A program made the translations under genes and the position numbers. DNA of 64,000 nt from Chrysomallon squamiferum (taxonomy: Eukaryota > Animalia > Mollusca): contig CM022672.1 of the NCBI GenBank assembly GCA_012295275.1, positions 23,560,001-23,624,000 on the forward strand. The letters are read 5' to 3'. Positions 41,787-62,078 of the stretch are shown here, piece after piece. Position 1 is the first letter of the stretch. The number at the start of each line of letters is the position of its first letter. The notes beneath the pieces were generated by a model. The model saw only the letters and a list, made by a program, of their open reading frames with translations, ran no database searches and was not told the origin of the DNA.

Positions 41787-42301
41787 TATATGTGTTTATA
41801 GTTAAGGCAGTACAAATAAATAGGCAAAGTACATATTACATAACATCGAGAGGATCCGTGGGTGCTTATTTTTCCTTTCATCGCATTGCCTAATACATAA
41901 TAAATTAATTTAAAAATCTAATTATGATATGTTAATCATTATATTTTTGTGTAAAATTTATTTTTAAAATGCACGAGAAACTATTCTAATTTTCAACGTA
42001 ATTCTCAAATTTCTCTTGTCATCATTTTTCTTTGCATTTCTTTGCAAGTAATGATTCATGATGAAATGGAAAATGGAAAGCTACAAACGTGACTGCTGGT
42101 ATGGTTTTTATCGTTAAACTTCATTATTAGTCAGACAGGTGTTCATTTTATAAACGAATGGTTCAGATATGCATATTTATAAGCTATGTTTAGCTTTGTA
42201 AATATACTATTTTAAAGTAATGTTATTATTTTTAAAAAATCATTTTAAATTTTATACAAACTATTAGAAGAAAAATAAACAACAATAACAACAACTACTA
42301 C

Positions 42302-42342
<41 letters not shown>

Positions 42343-42372
42343 CAGAAGAAAAGTTAATTGTTTAGAACTCCG

Positions 42373-42433
<61 letters not shown>

Positions 42434-42737
42434 CTTTATAAGTCGAAATGCGATATTTTTCAAAGGGATATTAATGTCACTCTATATTTTTGTATTCCCA
42501 AAGAGCCACTAATTCTTTTTCATATTCATACATCTTAAAAACTTCAAGGCAATTAAACTTCGTACGACCCACGAAAACTCTTCACGCCTCCCTTATAAAT
42601 CGAAATTAAGAATACTATCACGACCATCTTTCCAAAATGTGATGATCTTTCAGAGCAGCCAGCTATATGACTGTCATCGTTGTCGATCAAGAAGAATCAG
42701 CTTTTCGAGAACAAAGTACACACTTTCAGCGACCACA

Positions 42738-52015
<9,278 letters not shown>

Positions 52016-52489
52016 CAAAGGAGGAATATTCCATAATTATATACCATTACAAAACTACTAATTTTCATATAAATTATACGCTATAATTATAAACTGATAA
52101 ATTTTATAATCTATATGTCGACGCATAAATACAAATTACACACAAAAATTGCACAGATATGAATATAATATTATTTTCTGTAAAATGTAAAAGACAGTAA
52201 TAACGTGAAAGTAATATAATATAATATAATTTAAAGTAAAGTAGATAATATTCATTTAGCGATACACTCAGACCGTGTTATTAAAGGTTACTAGACAAAT
52301 ATGTCTTGATAATGAGATTTTTTTTAATTCGCTTATTGACTACACGTCAAGGCCAGCAGTGACTATAAAATATACTATTCTCTGTAGACCCCTTCTTCTT
52401 AATACAGGATTTCATCTCTTCATATGTCACCCAGTTCATTACCTGCGCATACTTTTGCCAGACTGTCTGCATTCTCATTGCCAGGTATG

Positions 52490-52790
52490 AGCTGGAACCA
52501 TATTCACGCGGCTTGATTGACACTACTGTTAGGGTGTAGTGCTCCTGAAAGTGGTTTTGAAGAGCCTCATCGCTCTGTGCATGAAAACCTGATCAACATC
52601 TGTTGCATCTAAGAATCCCATTGAGGCTACCAGACTTTCAGAAGCAATCGCAGTGGAAGAACCAAGGGTGGGCTGGTCATTCTGGTTAGGAATAACATCA
52701 GTTGAAACTAACAGATTTATGGAGGCAGTTGAATGCACTGAGGTCAAGATCAAAACACTGCTATTAGAAAACACAATGAATCGTTAATAA
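52490..52790 (+). mobile_element. Degraded non-LTR retrotransposon (LINE) APE endonuclease fragment
   Basis: The + strand translates to HENLINICCI*ESH*GYQTFRSNRSGRTKGGLVILVRNNI, matching APE motifs (I..lQEth; gy...r.dr...gGGv.ilv), with in-frame stops. Confidence 0.7.
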
Positions 52791-53086
52791 CACATTTACC
52801 TCACAGAAGTCTTCTTACAGTTGCCTCTGATCAATCTGTGAAGCTGGCGAAAACTTGCTCATTGGATATACTAAGGACATCGATGCTCCCACCCATTATA
52901 TCATATACCTACCTACCTACCTGCTCTATAGTCAGTATTTATTTTAAAGAATTGTTTTAGTTCATCCAAATAAATATATTATGTGTATAATAATTAGTTT
53001 ATTATAAATAGTCCAAGATAATTGATATATGAATACATTTTATATATCACAGATTTTGTTTGAATGTTGGTCGATGTTAAAGAAGC

Positions 53087-53174
<88 letters not shown>

Positions 53175-53191
53175 ATGTATATATCTATCTG

Positions 53192-53222
<31 letters not shown>

Positions 53223-53454
53223 GTCTATATGAATTTTTTGTTAATGCATTTTCATTTATTATTTCTATTTTACTGTTATTATAATTGCTAATATTCCTCA
53301 AGTTATGGAATTTTTTTTAGTTTTCCCGTCATCTTTGTATAAATGCTTATGTCTACTTTAAACTTTATAAACAAAAACAAAATCTTTATAACTGATTTAT
53401 TTTTGCCACCGCGAATATATTCTACTTGACCTATATCAGTTGTCACCTATATAC

Positions 53455-55170
53455 GTTTGGCTTCCATCACTACCAGTAGTAAAACTGATCTGACGTTCAA
53501 AGAGTTAGTTTATTTCTTCTTCACTGAGATTTTCATATTTGACAAATCTCTTGCCAAACCAAAATCCACTTGATGTATGAGTCGACGGTGTATGACTGCT
53601 GGTTCCTCCTGCTGTTAGCCCTAATGATGAACTGTAACTATGTCCATCAGTATCTACTGAACCGCCAATAGCCCCAATATGTCCCCCTGTTCCAGCTGAA
53701 AATCCGCTATTTTGACTGTACCCTACATGAAGATCAACCCCACTTCCACCAGCTCCCAGTCCAATACCAGCAGATCCCTGAAATCCAGATCCTTTGCTAT
53801 AACCAAGACTAGCAGTTCCCTGAATTCCTTCGCCAACAGAACCAGTTAAACTACCCCCGCTGAGATGTCCTGTTGGATCTGTTGTAACGGAGCCACCAAG
53901 GCTGAATCCTGGAAGAGGAACGTTAACCCCATACGTGTGGCTTCCATCACTACCAGTAGTAAAACTGATCTGACGTTCAAAGAGTTCTTTTATTTCTTCT
54001 TCACTGAGATCTTCATATTTGACAAACCTCTTGCCAAACCAAAATCCACTAGATGTATGAGTCGATGGTGTATGACTGCTGGTTCCTCCTGCTGTTAGCC
54101 CTAATGATGAACTGTAACTATGTCCATCAGTATCTATTGAACCGCCAATAGCCCCAATATGTCCCCCTGTTCCAGCTGAAAATCCGCCATTTTGACTATA
54201 CCCTACATGAAGATCAACCCCACTTCCACCAGCTCCCAACCCAATACCAGCAGATCCCTGAAATCCAGATCCTTTGCTATAACCAACACTAGCAGTTCCC
54301 TGAAGAACCCCCCCCGAACCTTTGGATCTGTGGTATACCGAGGCTGAATCCAAGGAACGTTAACCCCATACGTGTGCAGTTCCCGTTCAAAGAATTCCTT
54401 CTTCACTGAGATTTTCATATTTTACAAACCGCTTGAAACCAAAATCCACTTGATAAATGGAGTATGACTGCTGGTTCCTCCTGCTGAGATGTCCTGTTGT
54501 TCCAGAAAATCTGTTGTATCCCTGAAGCCCCGAATCTTTGCTATAACCAAGACTAGCCCCTGACCTTCACCAATAGAACCAGTTAAACTACCCCCGCTGA
54601 GATGTCTGAATCCTGGAACCACCGACGGAATCCTGGAAGAGTTAACCCCATATGTGTGACTTCCATCACTACCAGTAGTGAAACTGATCTGACGATCAAA
54701 GAGTTCTTTTATTTCGTTCATTGAGACCTTGAATTTCATCGTACGGAATAAATCTCTTACCAAACCAAAATCCGCTGCCAGAACTGGGAGTCGTGGAACT
54801 GTGACCACCTGAAAGCCCCAATGACTGAGTCAAACTGTGCCCATCAGTATCCACGGAATATCCAACTGGCCCCGTTTTGGTTCCCACACCTTCAGTAAAC
54901 CCACCATTATGGGTCCATCCAACGTGGACATCAGTGCCATATCCACCAACCCCAGTTCCAATACCAAGAGTTGCTCCAATTCCATTGTGTTTGTCGTAAC
55001 TTAGATGGGCACTTCCCTGCAGACCTTCCCCAATTGATCCTCCGATACTCCCTCCCGACAAATGCCAGTTTTTGTCTGTGGTTAAGGAGCCGTCGACGCT
55101 TCCTCCAGGAAGAGGTATATTTAATCCAAGTGTGTGACTTCCATCTGTTCCCTGGGTCCAACTGATCTGA
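53455..55170 (-). repeat. Coding tandem repeat with 480-bp period (160 codons)
   Basis: Lines beginning at 53461 and 53941 are near-identical, giving a 480-bp period; a more diverged unit lies at ~55170-54755 and internally deleted units at ~54690-54300. Confidence 0.92.
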
Positions 55171-55326
55171 CGTTCTTCTCTTTCGTCATCTAAAAAGAAT
55201 TTCCAGTCTACAGTGACTGTTTTCATTACTCAGCGGACTAATTCCAAAGGAGATTTCTTAAATAAATATAGGATATAAGTGACAATGAATTTTCTTTTGT
55301 AAATATACGTCAATATAGTTTAGAAT

Positions 55327-55369
<43 letters not shown>

Positions 55370-56622
55370 TTCTAATAAATTTGCAGTAGTATATATAAAA
55401 TTGTAATTATGTATTTTATCAAAGTTTCCAACTGTTCTTCCTTATTTATTTTTTTACATATAACTTCTGTTTTTTAAAGTTGAACATTTAAACAAAAGTC
55501 AGTATTCTCATTATCAAAAAGGCTACAAATATACCGCTTTTATTAATAGGAAGATTCTGTAACAGTTCTCTGTAACTGGGACATTTATTATTTTATATCT
55601 GTACATCACTGGTAAAGAATTAAACCATCAAAGACTGGTATATAAAGGCACTGGCATGTGGTTTCTCTGCCATGTTATCATACCAAAATAAGACAAATTT
55701 ATACACAACAATTTCTCATACAAAAATATGTCAAGATGTCAATAAAAGATTAATACAGTTATTAATTATGCTATTTATTTTTTATATGTAACAATTTCTT
55801 AAAACTTTTAATAACAATAAGAAGAGTTTAAGAAAATAAAATAATCACTGATATAAAATGCCCTTTTTACCTTTTACGCCAATTGGATTGGCGTGGACAG
55901 AGAGTAAAAGACATGTGATAAAACATATCAGAGACCTGGGGTGTATCTGTGTCAAAAGATAACAATTAAATATTAATTAATATTCATGTACTAAGATAAT
56001 GTCGGTATTTGTTTTAATTTATCGCCAGCAGAGAAGCCTTCTGTATATACGTGCATATTAATTTGAATGTATATGTTTGTATGTTTGTTGTGCACATTTT
56101 TTTTTTTAAAGTTAGTAATAATGGATGGATCTCTACATGTGTATAAAGGTATGTTTGTATGTGTATGTATGTATGTATGTATGAGTATTGTGTATGTATG
56201 TGTGTGTATGTGTTTGAGTACATACATATAACTTTCAGTGAATGTGTATGTGCGCGCATATATATTTGGTTAGGCTGGTATCTTCTCTTTTGCTAACTCA
56301 GTTTCGTACAGAGATTAATATTTAATTTTAAAATCCCCAAGTTTAAAGACTTTTGATTTTCTTTGCAATTGTTCGTTTTACCTTTTTATGTAAAACAAAC
56401 AAAATTAAAAAAACAAAAAGAAAGAAATATATTTTTTTTAAATCGGTGCCTTGTAGCCATCACATGAGAGTGTTAATTTTTATTCACACTCTGTTATCAG
56501 TTACGATTATTTTATAGTAGCACGAAATTATCTATTCTGTAGAAACTTTATTCAAATTATCATCATGATTATTATTATTATATTTTTAAAAATGTACTAA
56601 ATATAAGACCTACCAGTACCAT
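53505..56622 (-). CDS. Secreted multi-repeat prepro-peptide precursor encoding about 4 Gly/Ser-rich ~139-aa peptides ending GFWF-GKR
   Basis: Exons 56622-56614 (MVL), 55946-55871 (IHPRSLICFITCLLLSVHANPIGVK), 55666-55626, 55556-55535, then 55189-53505 (DDEREER-QISW...GFWFGKR-spacer-QISF...). Phases are consistent; the two small middle exons are less certain. The 54300-54720 stretch is scrambled by indels. Confidence 0.8.
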
Positions 56623-56715
56623 ACTGCTGCAAAAAGCTCTAGCTGAAGATTAGTTCAAAGCTTAATGTCAGACAGAAACAGTAACAAGACACTGGGTATT
56701 GGCGGACGGGTAATG

Positions 56716-56731
56716 TTTTTTTTTATATATA
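56716..56731 (-). promoter_or_regulatory. TATA box candidate for the Gly-rich precursor gene
   Basis: TATATATAAAAA on the - strand about 100 bp upstream of the ATG at 56622, followed upstream by a GC-containing stretch; weak evidence in AT-rich DNA. Confidence 0.4.
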
Positions 56732-57018
56732 CTTGGCTCATTTATTTATACCTCCCAAATAAGGTGTGGAGCGTTAGATCAGATAAGAGTTTGGGGAACG
56801 AAACAGATGAAAAGATAAGTTTTGAGTTGTTTTGTTTTTTTTGTGTTTTTTTATCGTGTGAATTAACCGAATTTATACCTTGTCTAGCGTAATCTAGCTT
56901 TTAATGTTTTTGTAAATATATATTGGTTCATTATTACATTTTTGATAACACATCCGTCAAAATAATTTGAAAATAAATAAATAAATAAACATTAAAATAA
57001 AGACGTATAAAATTATGC

Positions 57019-57068
<50 letters not shown>

Positions 57069-57704
57069 TATCAATGGATTTATCGCTTTTTTTAAAGGTT
57101 TCATTTCCTTTACTCTTTCGAACCTCTCTTTTTAAGGTATAGTTTTACTTCTCATAGTTGACCATTTTCTTCTACGTTTTATTTTTATTTTTTTAATTCA
57201 CTACGAGAAGGACATCTTTGTTAACACAGTAGGCCTACTGTTTTAATGATTGATTTTATCAGCTTTTTGAACTTACAGAACTTTAAGTTCCGCAGTTGTT
57301 TCGCCATGTCTATACAAGTTTCATGGATACAAATATTTTGAAAAAAACATATTTAAAACAAAAATCGATCAATATGTGTTTTAAATGCAAAACAAATTTT
57401 TTGGGGGGGTTAATTGTTGTTATTTGTTTTCATACTTTTCAAGGAAATGATAATCTGTTATGTATAAAACAGGTCACTTTGGGGATATTGTATATAAAGA
57501 GAAACTAAGAATAAGATTGCAAAACAAGCACAGCTGGCTCCAACAGAAAAGGGCTTTTTAAATTTGCTTTAGAACCTGAAGTCAATTATTTTGTTTTACA
57601 AATTTCATATTAATACTTCTAATCAGTAAGAGAAACGAAACAAGAAGACAAAATATGAGCTATCTTCCCTTAGCTGGTCATTTTATACATCTATCTATCT
57701 ACGT

Positions 57705-57754
<50 letters not shown>

Positions 57755-58726
57755 ATATATATATCTTGAGGTGCCAATGACTAACAGTGGCTGATATGAA
57801 GAGTGTAGATATAACACGTCAGATAACGTAACAGCTGCAATAATAATCGATAAGTAATCACCTTTAGCTATCCATGGTTAGGCTCTCCTTAAAACGACAG
57901 TTTTATATTCAGGCAATTTGTTGATAGGTTTAGGATCTTATAGTGTTTTTTGCATGTGATTATCAGTTCTGCTATGTATGTACTACTGATTACACAGTTT
58001 TGTCTCTTGGTAAAACTTTAATAATAAACATTCTGGTTGATGAAACTGTAGACTGGACCTCACTAATCCGGTAAATTCGGTGATTCCGGACAATGATTTT
58101 AATCAATAATTAGCGTGGCAACACCACCTACCCACAACAGCTTATTTATGGTACTTGATGATGCTATTCAGGTACAGATAATATATATATATATTCTTCT
58201 TCATTAGTATTTTACCCTAAAATATGCCTCGAAAGGGACCATTAAAAGTAATGCTGAAAAGAACATGTGACATTTGAGCTGTTACAAAAATGTGAAAGTT
58301 ACCCAAATTTAAAAAAATAATAATAACAAAAAATGTAAAATTTAAAATAAAATAAAAAAATAAATAAAATACAGTAATACAAAAGGACTGGACAATTGCT
58401 TTGTCATAAAGAAATCCAATGAGCAGGAAGATGTATCGATATCAGATATACAGTACAGAACACGCTTGATTTTTTGTTATTTTTTAACTCTCACCTGCTT
58501 GGCAGCTATCTGTTCGAAGGTTATAGGATTACTGAAATCGGATCTGCAATACTGACTAACACTCAAGTCAAGTTTAATGTAAACTAAGTTGACAATTCTT
58601 AACAACTCGTTACAGTCTGTATTCTTATAGGCCAGGTAACCGTGTCGATCTATTTTGTATTCCGTTGTAATGTGTGTACGTGTGAATATTATGAATAAAT
58701 AATATTAGCCTTTTCAGATCTTTAAG

Positions 58727-58768
<42 letters not shown>

Positions 58769-58771
58769 GTA

Positions 58772-58808
<37 letters not shown>

Positions 58809-58955
58809 GTAACAGTAATAGTAGTAGTAGTAAAACCATTGATAACAATAACCCTGCTAAAACTAATTGTGGAGTTGCCTGGTATGACATTTGCTGTAAT
58901 AATTGAAAATATTACATTAATATATATATATACACACACACACACATATATATAC

Positions 58956-59511
58956 ACAATGGTACCTCGAGTTACGAGTGCTCCAAGTTACGAGTTTTTC
59001 GAACAACACAACATCCGCCCAGCATCCTGCGACTTACTCGTTTGCTTCACGCGGTTACCTCGCCGTGGAGTCATCTCTGTTGTTTTATGCTCTCGTTTTG
59101 TGCAGTATTTTGCCAAATTTCCATGGATCCTAAGAAAGTGAGTGCAAAGGACAGTGCTGAGAAGAAGCGGATGATGTCCATCGAATTAAAGCATGCAATC
59201 ATAGAAAAACATGAGCGAGCTGCGTGTAGTGAACATGGCTAAGCAATAAGAGCGTACTACTTTTACGATATGTACCAGAAGGAGTCGATAAACGCTATAT
59301 CTCCAGCCAAAGGCATTAAAATAATTTCAAAGCTGCGGACATATATTTTTCTTATTTAAAAACACGTTACAAAAAACTGGGGTGGTGTTTGGGGGGCTGG
59401 AACGGATTAAAGGTATTTCAGTTAATTTCATTTTGGAAAACTGATGTGATTATACGAGCAAATTGAACGAATTAAACTCGTAAGTCAAGACAATAATACA
59501 AAAATACTGTA
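58956..59511 (+). mobile_element. Internally deleted Tigger/pogo (TIGD1-like) DNA transposon remnant
   Basis: MDPKKVSAKDSAEKKRMMSIELKHAIIEKHER from 59123 is a CENP-B-type N-terminal HTH, followed by frameshift/stop. Partial TIRs: CTCGAGTTACGAGT (~58966) and ACTCGTAAGTCAAG (~59477). Confidence 0.75.
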
Positions 59512-60174
59512 TATTATAAATTAATAGGCTTCTGTTGTGAAACCTACATTTTTTCTTCTAACTTATTTTCTATTACAGAAAAATTCTAATAGGAAATTTT
59601 AAAATTAATTAATTTATTAAAATTATATTAATTTTTGTTACCTTTTGATTTATTTTTTAAATTGTTTTATTATATATATATATGTTGTTGTATTGTTATT
59701 GTTGTCGCTATTGTTTCTATCATCATTTTAACTTCTTATTTTCGTATTTCAGTAAAATTAATGAGCAGTATCAATCAATAAATGCACTTTTAAAAAGAAA
59801 ATTATATAAATAATAATAGTTAATGCCCATGTCATTAGATTACTACATATGATTTTGATTCCCTGCTACACTTACTAGCCCCAAGCTTAATGATATAATT
59901 AAATCAATATGTCACCAAATAATTAATTAAAACAGACATATTTTCACTTACGTGTATTCTGAAGTAACTGAAGAAATGATCAAGAGTCGCCAAAAATTAG
60001 TAAAAATGGAAAATTAGGTTATATATTTATCATATATCTTGCAGTTTACATGTTCCTTGTTAGCAGAGGTATTATTATTATTGTTACTACTACTACTACT
60101 ACTACTATTGACACCGTTTCTTAATGTTAGTACGAGAAGGTAAAAATGTACTGATTTGACAAAAGCGAAAGTGG

Positions 60175-60217
<43 letters not shown>

Positions 60218-60435
60218 GTGTGTGTGCTTGCGTGCGCGCGCTCTCGAATATGTACGTTTATAAATATTATGTTTTTATAGCAGCACTAGGAGTAAAACAA
60301 AAATGTTGTAGAAAAAGCTCTGCAAACAAAATGGTTACTTAAATTACGAAACTGTGGGTCATAATTAGCTCCAAATAAGAATACTTCCATAAAAAGCAGT
60401 GCTGTAAGTATAACATGATAACATTGTAGTTAAAT

Positions 60436-60553
60436 CTTCCGCCCTGAAGCTAGCGAGTTTCTTTTCCTTATTTGGGTATGATTGTCCTCACGCATGCGCA
60501 TCTTTTGGTCCTTCACCCTTGAATCACTTCCTGGATAGAAGCCGGCAGGAAGT
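60436..60553 (+). promoter_or_regulatory. WDR1 proximal promoter: CArG box, NRF1-like and ETS-like sites
   Basis: CCTTATTTGG at 60466-60475 is a perfect CC(A/T)6GG; GCATGCGCA at 60492-60500; ACTTCCTG and CAGGAAGT within 60526-60553. Confidence 0.6.
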
Positions 60554-60613
60554 TTTGACAAAATTTAAAAAGAACTTAATCGAAGTGACAGTGAAGACAT
60601 TGGAAGTGAAAAT

Positions 60614-62046
60614 ATGTCTGTAAACCAAAGTAAGGAGCTACGGTTATATATATATGATTTGTTACTTTTTTTCTTTCTTTTTTTTGAAACGGTGCTGTAT
60701 TTCTAGTAAAAGTAGGAGAATACCTGTATCATTTGATGATTTGTATGTATCTGTATCAGTGTATGGCCCTGAACTCAGAATTGACTAGTGATTTCTGCGT
60801 CTGAGCAAGTACTAAGTAGCCCGATTAAAGTTAAAACAGAAAATTATGCGTGTGTTCTTGCAGACATTATTAGGTTTCAGCTTCAGGCTGCATCAAGTAA
60901 ATAATATAGGATGCTTTCCAATAATACTTTTAAAGAATTTCAACAACGTCAACGTCCCGTCAAAATGGCGGATACGGGACAGTTCGTGGGAGTATCCTGC
61001 ATTATATGGCTCGCTGAAATACAGAATAAAATAACCTCTGTTACTCTGTATACATTATAATATTACTCTCTATTTTTTGTAATAGAACTGTATAACTTAA
61101 AGAAGAATAGTATTAAGTTAACGATAATTATAAATTAATGTATCCTTGATAAACTGAAGGAACTAATTAAATTAATAATTTCAGAAATTATTAAAATAAA
61201 TAACGAAGAAAGTGAATATTGCAAGTAGTGCAAAATGCATTGATTTCCCGTATTGCAGAAAATATAAGTAACCAAGAATATATTCAGATACTGAGATAGG
61301 TCAAAACTATTAAAATAATTTTGTATTTGTTCTGCAAACACCCCCACCCCATCACACCTAGGTCAAAAACAAACCACCTAAAATCATCAGAGATCCTCCT
61401 AAGCAAAATTCATGTTTATTTATTATTCTAATAGAAAACTTCAGAAATGACCTAGTTAGAACTTAGACCACTGACAAATATTGTTTGATAGCAATGCAAC
61501 AGTAATGTACAGGAAATAATGTTAAACACTTTTCAACACTTTTGATGTAGTTAGTGGTGTTTATTTTCAATGATGAGCTAAATATCATTCAGGACAGTAA
61601 AATTTGCAGGAATAGAAAATGAATTAAACAAACAGGGACAGTTTCTTCCATGGTCATTTACACAATCTTGGCAGCCCTGTAGTTTATAAATAATCCTATA
61701 ACAATAATAACACTATTGTGCCATTTATTTAAAATAGTAATAATAACTTAAACCCTTTATTTTTCCAAATTTTGAGTCAGTTATTTTATTAATGTTTGTT
61801 GAATATTTCAGAAAGTGTTTTTGCAACTCTCCCACGCACTGAGCGAGGTGTACCAATTGTTCTTGGTAAAGATCCCAAAGGCAAAAATTTCCTGTATTGT
61901 AATGGAAATAGTGTGATCATCAGGGATATTGCTGTAAGTTTATGATATTGGTAAATTATAGATTCCTTTGATAGGGCTACAGCTCTTAGCAGAATTTTGT
62001 GACATAAATCACTGTTTTCCAGTGTAAAACAAGTATTATTTACCCC

Positions 62047-62078
<32 letters not shown>

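Noticed and set aside
52529-52774. 81-aa minus-strand ORF as a possible last exon of the Gly-rich precursor
   Set aside because: The precursor already stops at 53505, and the opposite strand carries LINE endonuclease motifs that explain this sequence.
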